From positions 310,001 through 374,000 of the forward strand of contig OZ024755.1 of NCBI GenBank assembly GCA_964016885.1: 64,000 nt of DNA, given 5' to 3'. Both the position numbers and the translations under genes were made by a program. Below the pieces are notes generated by a model that searched no databases, was not told where the DNA came from, and saw only the letters and a list, made by a program, of their open reading frames with translations. This DNA is from Eledone cirrhosa (lineage: Eukaryota). Positions 51,386 through 64,000 of this stretch are shown piece after piece (within the stretch, counting starts at the first letter, position 1; the number at the start of each line of letters is the position of its first letter).

Positions 51386-54300
51386 TTTCAAGAATCAAGA
51401 AAAAAAAATCAGACATGGTCATAATTTTGTTTAATGAAATAGAAAAACAGATCCTAAACAATTACGATAAGACGAAATGATATCATAGAAACTGTGCTGG
51501 AAATATTTGGTAATATTTACACAAATCAAAAAGGATGAGTGATTGAATATAAGGGACACAACTCTGTAACAGTTCTGTCCCCTCCATTTTGTAAAATTAT
51601 ATTTTAATTATTACCGAAGGTTGCTTTGCATGAGAATATATTCCATTATTGTTTTGCTTTACCAAAATCTGGGAGGAGGGTTGACTTAATGCAGTGATGA
51701 CTGACAGGCAGTTTAGAAACAGGACTGTATTTTCTCTCATGAGATTCAATAAATGATCTATCTACACTCCATTAGAACATGTTGGGTACACATATTGCTC
51801 AGTTTCACCTTCTAAACTTTTAACTCTTTCATAACTTTATTTCTAATGAAAAACACTGACTATAATTGTCAAATCATTTTGGAAAATAATAAAAAATTTA
51901 TAGTGATTTAGTCATATATTTATTTACTAAGCTGCTGTTTGGAACATAACAAAGATTCTTACATAAAATTATGTTAAAAGACATTTAGATAAATATGTAT
52001 ATGCAACTGATCTCTTGAACTTTTACAAAGTGCTGATGTGATAAATTTAATATAAAGAATAGCGTTCTCATGTGCAATGATGCTATAAAATAGGGTGAAG
52101 ACCCTTAAAGACAGAAAAAGAAGTTGCCATAAACCATATTGAGGAATTGAACCCCATATCTTCCAGATATGGAACCCCATATCTTCCAGATATGGGGTTC
52201 AATTAAACACTTTAAAATAAACAGTTTCACATCATAGAATAACACAGTTTCAGGCAAGTTAGTATCAAAAGATTTAAACACTTTGTTCATGGTTTGGCGT
52301 AAGGAAGAGTATTTGATGTTAGAATACAACCTCATATAAAAAATTATTGTTCAATCTTTGCCAGTATGGATAAATGATGGATGCAAAAATGACTATTAAA
52401 GGTTAGTAGTGTATATTAATACTGTGTAGCGTTTGGGCTAAAAATGGATGCTTCACTGAACATAAAATCTTTGATAACAATAAGACCTAAAATATATTAG
52501 TGGGTGAGTAATTTCCCAGTTGGTATAGAATATGGAGCTTTAATACATGAGCTTCAATTCAAAGTTAAATCTAGAAGCAGAAAATCGAAATAAACCTTTC
52601 TTATGCAATCAGAATAGGTAAGTAGGCATTGGAAATCTATAACCTTTTAAGTTTGAAATCCCATGACAGTCTCTCTTGTGTCTATTCCCTTTTATTTTTC
52701 CAAACCATGAAAGATTAAATGCTACTGCAAAAATATAAACAGTAAAAAGGGTGAAAATCTAGGCTAAAGAATGCAACATAAATTGGTATAACATAGCTTC
52801 TACTTAATATGTCGCATGGCAGTAGAATGTGAAGTCTTATATAAACAACCCTATTTCAGAGTATGTTAATGAGAGAGAGAGAGAGATGGATATTACAATA
52901 CACTATGATATAAAGTTCCCTTAATAAATAACAGCTTCAAGTTCGGCAAACGCTTTATAACAAGGGGAAACTTTTGCAAGTAGAAATAAAAGGGAAATTT
53001 TTCCTTTATGTTAGCCATTTGACAAGCTTCATTTAGTGCAGCTCAATACAAAGTTGGACATTGTACATTATATGAGCTGAACAGGCTGTCAGATTTCAAA
53101 GCAATTCAATGAATTCTGTAGAATTTCAATTGCATAAGCATTAGCAACATTTTCTCTATGAAACTAGCTTTATTATCCCCGGAATATATTTTAGCATCCT
53201 ATTATACTTTTGTTGATATTATTAACGTCTTTAATACAAAACCCACTACCTGAAACCATTCCTGGTTCTATGACACAAAACTGTTTATTTTAAAGAGTTC
53301 ATATTTATTTATATATAAAAAAAAACCCCTTCCATCATGATTTTATGTAAGTTTGCTAAGTTTATGCTCCAAGCTCCAACTTCATAATGAGAAATGTATT
53401 TATATAACTAAATCAATTCAAATTCATAAACATTAAATGATGATGATGATGTCTTTCATTAGAAATATGGTAATGAAAAGGTTAATGGAAGTGTTTTTAT
53501 TGGTATTAATTTTAGTGCAAAAAGGCCAAATCGCAGAAGGTTTTCAGTAACTTTGAAGGATGAAATAATTGGAGATTGGGACAGAATAATTCCTAACAAA
53601 CATTTGATTCAATTTTTTCTTTTAAAAATTCTGCTGGATATGATGAGTGATGTAGCAGCCCTTAAATATGCTAAATATGAGTGATGTAGCAGCTCCTAAA
53701 TATGCTTCCATTCACCACTAGTGCCATCTTTAATAGTAAATAATCAACCATGACATAGATATAGTATTTAGTTTCAGTTAAATAGTATGGAAGAAAGGAA
53801 AGAAGGGGATGCAATAATGGTTACTGAAAGGTTTGAACTCATAGTTTTGAAATTAGTAGACTAACATCTTAATTTCACAGAAAATACAACATTAGAGTTA
53901 GTCTGTCTTGAGCCTGGAGGTTCATCAGGCTGGTGCTTAAACTGACTAAGAGTTCAAGACTTTCCCCTGGACAGCCTGCCAGCCCACCACAAGGTTAAAC
54001 CTCCACCTATTGCTTTGCTGATGCCCATTTTCAGCTGAGTATACTGGTGCAACATGAAATTATGTATTTTGCTCAAGAACACAACATACAACCCAGTCCA
54101 GGAATCAGACTCACAACATTAAGATGGTTGTAAGTCCATCACACTTACCACTAGAGTTAGGCACATCTAAAACTTTAGCTATAACTGCATAAATTGTTTG
54201 GTTCAAGTTCTAGAAGCTAAAGATAGTTTAGGCATAGGGCAGGAAGAGAAACATGATTGATAGGAAGTCAATGAACAAAAGTATTTGAGATGAACAATTG

Positions 54301-54896
54301 CTGGGATGACAGAAAAGTCAAAAAGAAAACATTATTTAAATAACACAGATTGAAGATAGATTTCCTAGCAGCTGAATTTCAAAACAAACTAAACACAACA
54401 ATACCCAGATGAGATCTAAGTGGGTTTTGTAAAGGTTCACTAACTATGCAGGGATTAAATACTTTTTCACTTGAAAAGGAAATTCACTTCCTTTGTTGCA
54501 ATCTTAGTAATGCTGAGAAATAGCCTCTCCAGGAGAAAAACACAGGAAATCAATAGACCTTTCATATATGGTGAGATCCTTTCATATATAGAGAGTCTAA
54601 CATTTTTTTAATGTTTTGAATCATAGTTCATCCTATACATACAGGGGTCCATAAATAATTATATTTTACTAAATCCTTATTGATGAAGGGCAATAGTAAT
54701 TAAAGACAAACAGGGGTGAAGTTGTATTAGTTAAGGAATTGAAAGTTAAACCGAGAAGGAAGCCATGGTAGGTTAGAACAAGAAGATCAAAGAAAATACT
54801 TGTAGTTATAAATTGGATGGCTTTTAAAAAAATGCTCTCTGAAACTACGTAACCATGGGAACTGCTATTGTAAGCATTGAGATTACCATAATGTAA

Positions 54897-55086
54897 ATAA
54901 TTGTTTCTACTTTAGGCACAAGGCCAGCAATTACCCAGTGCATTACTGGTACTTTATTTTATCGACCCCCGTAAGGATGAAAGGCAAAGTCAACCTCGGC
55001 GGGATTTGAACTCAGATCGTAAAGGGACGTAACTATGCTGGAAAGCATGGCGTCCGACCCTCTACCGATACTGCCAATCCACCACC
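54897..55086 (-). mobile_element. SINE family 1, full-length young copy
   Basis: Reverse complement of 11024-11203 plus a ggtggtggattggcag head. Older copies at about 6030-6290, 43885-44030, 57980-58120 and 61865-62290. Confidence 0.88.
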
Positions 55087-56655
55087 TTCCCTATGTAAAT
55101 AATGAAGTTTTATAATAACTGTTTCTAGTATAGGCACTTCATCACTTCGAGGTCGATAAAATAAGTACCAGTTTAGTACTGAGGTTAGTCTTCCTCTGCC
55201 TTTCTCACTTCTTCTCTCTCACTTTCCATCTTTTACTGGAAGAAATCTGCTGTACTCAGATCTGAAGAGGGATGGGCTCCACCAGGTTTTAAATGCCCTA
55301 GAAATGCGGTATGCCTCTAAAGCACCCCTACAACTTTATCAGGAGATATGAGACCATGCATCCAACATAGACACAATACTAGTAAATTTTGGCCAGGCTG
55401 AAGCACCTCCATTTGGTGAAAAGAGAGTGAGAGACAGGAAGAATGAAATAAAATGGGTTAAACTTGACGATTACAGACCGAGGGGGGGGGGGGGGTTGTA
55501 TTTTGGGGTCGGGTAGGGAGGTAGTGTTGAAAGGGTCTTTTTATGTTTAGGAATGATAGAGCTAAATGCATTAGTTTTTATGGTGAAAGAGCTATTACTG
55601 AAATCATTAGGGTTGAAGAATGAAGGGGTGGTGTGTTGAGAGAGATAGAGAGATAGGTCCAGAGAGGGAAGAGGAGGAAGAGAGAGGGGAGAGAGGAGGA
55701 GAGAGGAGGGAGAGAGAGGAGGAAGAGAGAGCAGCAGTTGGTTATATGCAGAGAAGGAGCATCTAACTACACACAACATATATTGTTGATTAACAGAAAT
55801 AGAAGAACATTTGCCATACACTATAAGTTCTATTCTTTCTCTGAACAACAAGAACAAGAACAACAATAACTTTATATTATTTGTATATAAAACATCTGTA
55901 GAAAGTAGACCATATAGTTTTAGAGATGTGAGGGATATGGTATATACAAAAGGATGGCATGATCGCAGCTGTACCAGTTACTGTTAATAGGTTTGTAATC
56001 AGCGAACACAAATAAACAGTGTGTGTATGTATATATATGTGTGTGTGTGTGTGTGCATGTGTATGCATATACATATACACACACACATATGCCTACATAT
56101 ACATACACGAGGGGTTATCTTACGAAGGTAATGAGGCAATGATCAGAGAAACTTATGGAAATTAAGGGCATGAAATAAAACAGGATTTCTAAATGGTTCC
56201 AGTTTGATTAGAATTCACATCTTTTGTTATTAGTTCTTAGAAGTATTGGGAGAGTTAACTTTCTAGGTTTCTTTCTAGATGATAACAGCTTGTTTCAGAC
56301 ACCAGGACTGAGGAAATAGTGGATATATATAAATAGTGGCACAATGTTGCAGTACCATACATTGGGTGAAACACCTCGTGGTATTGTGATTTTGTCAACC
56401 TACTAATATATATATATATATAAACATAAACAAGAAGTGTAAGTGAAGGTTAAAATTAACTTTGTTTAGTTATATTCGCTGTTATATATATTTTGGTGGG
56501 AACCATTATTCAACAACTATGACCTCATCAGACAGCTAGAACACATACATATGTACATTAATTACTCCAGAGTAAACAGACCCATCTGCATACTTCATTG
56601 ACTGTTCTACCCTGCATACTGAAGTGTCGATAACTAACCAACATATACTCAAATT

Positions 56656-56700
<45 letters not shown>

Positions 56701-57259
56701 ATATGTGAGTCTGTACATATGAATACACACACACACATATATATATATATATAAATATATATACACACACATCAGGATTTATACCTATGTAGAAAATCAA
56801 ATTTGCCTCTAAGCAAATCACTTCACTTATCTCAAGCTCCATAGTTTATTTTAAAAATTGATTATTACGAGCACCAACATGATGATAATAATAATAATGA
56901 TGGTGGTGGTGATAACAACAACGATTCTTATCATCATCATCATCATTATCATTATCATCATTATTTCAAAGAAGTTATTGGATTGCTTAGTAGGAGCAAA
57001 TGTGGATAGAAAAGTTCTCCTGATCTTTAATTAATATCCAATAAAAAATAAAACAAAAAAAAAACAAACCAAGCAATCTTGTGGGAGGTTAGAATATATG
57101 TGGGTGTGGTGGTGTGGTACGAGAAATTAGTCAGAAGAAAGTTGAAATGAAAAAAATCAATAGAAAAATGACACAAAATCTTAAGCTTATTCCCCGTCTG
57201 ATGAAGTATATATATACACAATCATACACACCCGTGTATATTTATTTATATATATCTAC

Positions 57260-57293
<34 letters not shown>

Positions 57294-58124
57294 CACATAT
57301 ATGTATATGTGTGTGTGTATATATATATATGTGTGTGTGCATATATATATATATGCGTGGATATATGTGTATCATTTTCATCATTTCATTTTACGTCCGC
57401 TTTTTCCCTGTTTTTTACTGATTTCATTAGGTAAGATGCCATGAAGAAAAATTAATTAAGAAATGCAAGGGTTGCTAACTTCAGTAAAAGTTTTACCTTC
57501 ACAGAAATAATTGGCCCTAATTGGGGTGACATCGTTACTGACAAAATATATATTATTAGGCAGAACATTTGAAATACAGCTATAGCAAACACTACACAGT
57601 TTGTGAGTTTTGATTGAAGATGATGATGGTGATGATGGTGGTGGTGATGACATGATGGCGGTGATGATGGCAGTGTTGGTGGTGGTGATGATGATGATGG
57701 TGTCGATGGTGGTGGTGATGATGATGATGATGGCAGTGATGGTGATGGTGGTGTTAAAGAATAAACATGATAAAATTACACATATGCTGTTTGTATATTT
57801 TAATAAACCACCATCACTATTTTTATTATTTTAATGTCATTCTTAGTTTTTTACCATTCCAGTTGACGATAGATTAGTTCTGTTTTATATGGCAGAGTTT
57901 TAGAACAAACAACCTCTCTCATAGCTGGAACACCCATCAGGGAAACTGACAAAGGTCAATTCTGTCTATACTATATTCAGGTGGACTGGCAGAATTGGTA
58001 GAGCATCGGACATGGTTTGCAGCATAAAGTTACGTCTCTTTATGTTCTGAGTTCAAATTCCACAGACGTTAGCTTTGCCTGTCATCCTCAAGGGGTCAAT
58101 ACAATAAAGCACCAGTAGCACACT

Positions 58125-58850
58125 GCTGGTGATGGTTGTGATGATGATGGTGATGGTGATGATAGTGGCGGTGATAATATTGGTCATGGTGGTGGCAGTA
58201 GTAGATGATGAATGTGATGATGGTGGAGATGGTATTGATAGGTAGTGGAGGTGTTGATAGTAGTGGAGATGTTGATAGTAGTGGAGATGGAAGTGGAGGT
58301 GGTGGCAGTAATGGTGGAGGTGGAGATGGTCGTTGGGGATGGAAGTGGAGGTGGTGGCAGTAATGGTGGAGGTGGAGATGGTCGTTGGGGATGGAAGTGG
58401 AGGTGGTGGCAGTAATGGTGGAGGTGGAGATGGTCGTTGGGGATGGAAGTGGAGGTGGTGGCAGTAATGGTGGAGGTGGTGGCAGTAATGGTGGAGGTGG
58501 TGATGTTAGTGGAGGTGGTGGAGGTGGTGATGGTAGTGGGGATGGAAGTGGAGGTGGTGGCAGTAATGGTGGAGGTGGTGATGGTAGTGGAGGTGGTGGC
58601 AGTAATGGTGGAGGTGGTGATGGTAGTGGAGGTGGTGGCAGTAATGGTGGAGGTGGTGTTGGTAGTGGAGGTGGTGGCAGTAATGGTGGAGGTGGTGGCA
58701 GTAATGGTGGAGGTGGTGGCAGTAATGGTGGAGGTGGTGATGGTAGTGGAGGTGGTGGCAGTAATGGTGGAGGTGGTGGCAGTAATGGTGGAGGAGGTGA
58801 TGGTGGTGGAGGTGGTGGCAGTAATGGTGGAGGAGGTGATGGTAGTGGGG
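58125..58850. repeat. GGT-rich minisatellite (ggaggtggtggcagtaatggt units)
   Basis: Tandem 21-nt-based units with higher-order variants. Several frames are open as a result. Confidence 0.93.
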
Positions 58851-59019
58851 ATAACAGACTCTATTCTACACAATATCTCCAGTTCAATGATTTAATCAGT
58901 TACAATATTTTATGCTAGTCTCTTCAATCTCAGCTTTAGAAGTCATCCTTAGAAAATTTATTCATGATAACAGCTAAAATTTCATAAATCACAACCAATT
59001 GTGATAACATTGTCGATTA

Positions 59020-59171
59020 ACAATGATATTGATGATGATGATGATGATAGTGAGGGTGATGATGATGATGATGATAGTGAGGACGAGGGTGATGGTGATG
59101 ATAGTGAGGACGAGGGTGATAATGTTGTTGATAATATGAGGAGGATAACACTAATGATGATGATGGTGATG

Positions 59172-59225
<54 letters not shown>

Positions 59226-59460
59226 GTGACGTATATTATGACAATAATGGTGAGGGTGATGATAATAAAGTCAATGATAAAAATAACATTGATGAGGGTG
59301 ATGATGATGGGGATGATGATAATATTGAAGATGAGGATGATAAGGAGGAGGATTATGATAAAGTTAATGATGAGAATGATAACATTGATGATGATGATGA
59401 TAATGGTGGTGATAACATTAAAGTTGTTGATAATGATGAAAATGATGAAGATAAGAAGAG
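59020..59460. repeat. Degenerate (GAT)n tract
   Basis: gat/gtg/aat triplet runs. Confidence 0.9.
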
Positions 59461-62400
59461 ACAATGTCAACAGTGTCATTATTGCGGCCAATTTATAATT
59501 GATCATGATTCAGAAATGTTTAGTCTTTCTGATCAATAAATAGAAGAGTTAAGATATTCAAGACATTTAACCTTCCAATAAATGATTTAAATATTTGGAA
59601 CTGTTTCCAATGAAATGTTAATTGTTGAAGTAAAGTTGCCTGAAGTATGGTCCATGTGGACCATCTTTCTAGAAGTTTCAAACCTCGAGTCAAAACCAAA
59701 CTGAATATTAATGTTGAGAGTAACATCTACATGACAAGGACAGGATATGAAGTGATAAAAGAAGGATTATCATCATCATCATCACTGTCATCATTACCAT
59801 CATCATCATCATTTAACATCTGCTCTCCCTTCTAGCAAGAGTTGGCCGGGTTTACATAGACCAAGTCAGTACTGAAAGAGGGCCACTGACCTCCCAGACA
59901 GGCAGAGGGATCTGTATCCTGCTAATATGGCCATATCCAGTGCAGAGAAGTTGACATATCTTTTGACATAAACATGACTTCTGTAATGTTGACTTAGAGT
60001 TGAACAAGAACAACAACAAATTGAAGCCATTCTTCCATTTTAAACAGGAATTGCAACAACAACATTTGGAATTAAAAGAAGAAAAAAAAAAAGAAATTTG
60101 CAGCACCAGTACTAGCAACACCTCCATCACATTGGGTGCTTTACAGAGTCTGTACTATTGCAAGCATTCAGACCAGATCTTCGGTTTGAGGATATGTTCC
60201 CCCTCCTACCAGGCTTAGAAGCCCTAAAAGGGGTTATGGGCACTTCTCTCACCTCTCTGACTAAACAGAAGTCCTTAAAAGGGTTATTAATCAAAAACCC
60301 TTTAAGAGGCTATGGGCACTTATCTCCCTAACTAAACAGTAAAAAACAAAGAAAAAGGAAATAATTTAATTCCAATATCAGAGACAATTACAGGTAAAAA
60401 TGAAATGCAACAAATATTTCTTAAAGCAAGAATAACTGCTAATTAAGGTGATATTTTTCAATCTTCTTAAAGAAATAATAAATAATATTCCACCTAAAAT
60501 GGTTATTGCATCAATGGGATTACAATGAGTGTAAAAATGTTATTTTCAACAAGAGATTCCATTGATGTAAAAATGTCACAGTTGACATTTTTATGACATG
60601 CTAACATGAAAATATGTTGTTTTTAACCAGGTTGATCTTTCTATCAAAAAGAAGCACTTTTGAAAACTGTGATGATCAGGTGATGAAAGGAAGCAGATAT
60701 TTTAATGAAAAAGAAATGTTTTGCTGTCTAGTCTCAAAAGCTGACAATCCATATAACCCATGCATGGAAAATAGACATTAGTGATGATGATGATGATGAT
60801 GTGTTCTTCTCGGACACCCACATCCTCAATTCACCTTCCCTTGTCCAACCCATACCTGCAGGGAAAGCTAGGTATGTCCCACAATATACTGATAGATGTA
60901 ACTCACTCTTCAAAGCCACCTCTATCACTCAATGTTTGCACTGCTTGTGTGGGATGACACCTTTCTCTTGACAAACAACATGTGGTTCCCCACCCTTCTC
61001 ATCTCATAACTCCACTCTCATCACTGCCTCCCCAGCTGGGCCAAAGACCCTAATTTAAAGTGCTAGCACTGAGGACATGATAAAATATACACAGCCAATG
61101 CTGTGAGTTGGTCATGTTAGTGCCACGATAAAAAACACCTGATTCACCCTGTAAGGTGATAATGCTAGTGCCTCGACAAAAAGCACATGGTCCACTTTGT
61201 AAGATGGTAGTACTGGTGACAGAACAAAAACCACTTCATCTACTTTATAAGGTGGTATTACGGGTACCACAAAAAAAGGTCCCAATACATGGTGTTTCAA
61301 AGGGCATTCGCCCCGTCCAAACCCATGAAAGCGTGGAACACGGACGTTAAACGTTGATGATGATGATGATGATGATTCAACTGTAGAAACTAACCCCAAA
61401 ATGGAATATCTGAACAAGATGTGGTCATTTGACCTGCCTGACCTCATAAGGTGACAACCCATCTAACCCATGTAATAATAGAAAATAGATATTAAATGAT
61501 GATGATGAAAACCTTTCATCATAATTCCATGCAAGTACCTTTGTGAAGTTATGTTCTAAACACCAGCTTAATGAGAAAGTTATTTCACTAAATACCGCTA
61601 AATTCTTAATAATTTTTAATCAAAAGTAACTGAAAATGTATTTCAATAGAAATATGGCAAGAAAGATTTAACCCAGATAATCTTTGATGATAATGATGAT
61701 GATGATGATGATAGGCTCAACATTTATAATTCAAAGACACACAATATCACAATATTTGTATCACTAAAAAGTTACAAGTGATCCACTTCAACAACAAACT
61801 TTCCAATAAGAAGCCTGAATTAATTTTTAAATAGTTATAATAAAAAATAATAATAATAAAAGAATAATGGTTTCTATGTTTAGCACAAGACGAGCAATTT
61901 GAAGGGGAGGGAAAAGTTAATTAAATTGATTCCAGTGCATGACTGGTACTTCATTTTATTGATCCCGTAGGGATGAAAGGCAAAGCTAACTTCGGCTGGA
62001 TTTGAACTCAGAATGTAAAGGGCCAGAAGAAGTTCAACTGACACTTGAATGATTCTGCTAAACCACCAACCTTTAATAATAATAATAATAATAATGGTTT
62101 CTTATATAGGCACAAGGCCAACAATTTTTGGGGAGGGGAAAGTCGATTAAATTGACCCAAGTGACGGATACTTTATGTTAGGATGAAAGGCCAAGTTAAC
62201 CTTGATGGGATTTGAATTCAGTCCATAAAGGGGTGTAACTCTATGCTAGAAACCATGACGTCCGACTCTACTGATACTGCGAATCCACCACATAATAATA
62301 ATAATAATAATAATAGTAACAGACAGAATTCAACTAATAAGACTTAAAACAAATCCCACTTCCTACACAAACCCCCCAAATCCCAAATATCCCTTTAGTG

Positions 62401-62924
62401 GCAGTACAGGTGATATAATTGTATTATATAATAACAACTATAATGTGACTAACAATTCCACAAAACTATATTCTACCATATTTACTATAAAGATCTCATC
62501 ATCGTTTAAAATGTATTTTCCCTGTTAGTAAGGTTTGGACATGTTACAGACGAGTCAACATTCGTAGCAGAGATAATGATGATAGCTTTAGAGTGAATAG
62601 GGTGGAATATTGTTTCGTGGGATGTGTGTGTGTATTAATTTATATATATATATATATATATATGTACATACACACACACTTATATACATATATCTGCATG
62701 TCTATACATTGTGTGCGTGTTTGTATGTGTATATACACACACACATATATATATATAATTATTAAATAAATAAATGCCATTGTTAATTAATAAATATATT
62801 AACTAATACCTTAACACTTCACACAAAGTAAAATATTTTGTTTTAAACATTTTCTAACCCAGAAAAAAAAATAAAATAAAAGGCAAAAGAAATATTTGTC
62901 TTCCTAATAATCGTCTTTTTCTCC

Positions 62925-62991
<67 letters not shown>

Positions 62992-63344
62992 CACACACTC
63001 ATACATAAATACATAAGATGTTGAAAATAGTTTAAATTGTCTAAGCTACTCTTCTAATGTGTAAAGAACGGTAATAAACAGTCGTTGTCAAAGTTATTTC
63101 CCTTGCTAAAACAAGGCAGCTTGCTGAACGAAACGTTCGGTGGAGATTTGTAGTTATATGTGGGTGTAACGTAAAGTTGTTCTTTAAATAACAGGTTTAC
63201 ATTTTATCAAGCAGACCTATCAGTAACGTTATTCCAGATGTGACCACCCAGTCCTTCTAATGGAGGGATATATATATATGTGTCATATATAGAGTATGTT
63301 TAAACTTTAATCTATTATTTATATATATATAAATTATTGCGGGT

Positions 63345-63517
63345 TCAATCGGGGGGTAACCACAGTAAGTAAAGTACTCAATACATAGAGTATAAATGTT
63401 TAATATAGAAAAGCTTCTACAGGACTAGAACTGATTCATTCGTGAGAAATCATCAGGAAGCTACTTCTTGATGATTTCTCACGAATGAAACAGTTCTAGT
63501 CCTGTAGAAGCTTTTCT
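63345..63517. ncRNA. Family B element: 111-bp near-perfect hairpin (63407-63517) made of two divergent type I hammerhead motifs, plus tail
   Basis: 54-bp arms, 3-nt loop, 2 mismatches. Consensus CTTC CTGATGA T TTC tcac GAA T GAAA CAG ttctagtc CTG TA | GAAG. The plus copy has TTGATGA and the minus copy has GAAT. Confidence 0.72.
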
Positions 63518-63779
63518 CTCTCTCTATCTCTCTCTATATATATGAATAAAATCTTTTGTTATTGTTCGCCCTAGGCTGAGGTATCTTGTCTCTAACGCGA
63601 AGAAATACCTATGATTCCTAGCAGACAACTATATATTTGTGACAAGTATATTTTTGAAACAGCGAGCGGGGTTTGAAATTAGAAATAGAAGCCTGCGGTG
63701 AATTTTTTTTTTTAAAGAAATTTTAGCCCGGTAGTGGGGTTTAGAACCCTCTAAGAAATGGAAAAAGATGACTATTGAC

Positions 63780-63835
<56 letters not shown>

Positions 63836-64000
63836 CCCTCCACTAGAAACATACAAAATCAATGAGGAGTAGATCCTAATAAAGTAATCTAAAAAGAACT
63901 CTTCATAAGCTTCTTTCCCTTGAGATAAAGTCTTAGTTAAACAACCTAAAACTAGACGGGTTCAATGTATTTGCTTCTCTTTCAGTGAGATGTTATGTAT

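Noticed and set aside
58184-58918. Gly/Ser-rich, Thr-rich and Val/Met-rich ORFs (152-229 aa)
   Set aside because: Three overlapping frames are open only because of a GGT minisatellite. No splice signals or unique domain.
63095-63150. cttgctaaaac...cgaaacgttcgg, reminiscent of Penelope hammerhead variants
   Set aside because: No CUGANGA at the right position and no convincing stem I.

Overview
AT-rich, microsatellite-dense animal genomic DNA. The repeat landscape suggests an octopus or other coleoid cephalopod; this is an inference. Most of the window appears to be intron of a minus-strand kinesin-3 gene (KIF13/Khc-73-like), of which only one 135-nt motor-domain exon was found (49000-49134). 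An intact, intronless 727-aa ORF on the opposite strand (38499-40682) is probably nested in that intron. It looks like an orphan type I membrane mucin-like protein and has a textbook branch point and acceptor upstream. The most unusual signal is three unrelated families of divergent inverted repeats whose arms fold into type I hammerhead ribozyme motifs: 6663-8080, 27887-28113, and 28701-28839/63407-63517. This arrangement resembles Penelope-like element pLTR or retrozyme relics. The rest is SINEs, RTE, CR1 and R4/Dong LINE fragments, hAT, mariner and TTAA-type DNA elements, and simple or minisatellite repeats. All folds and alignments were made by eye.
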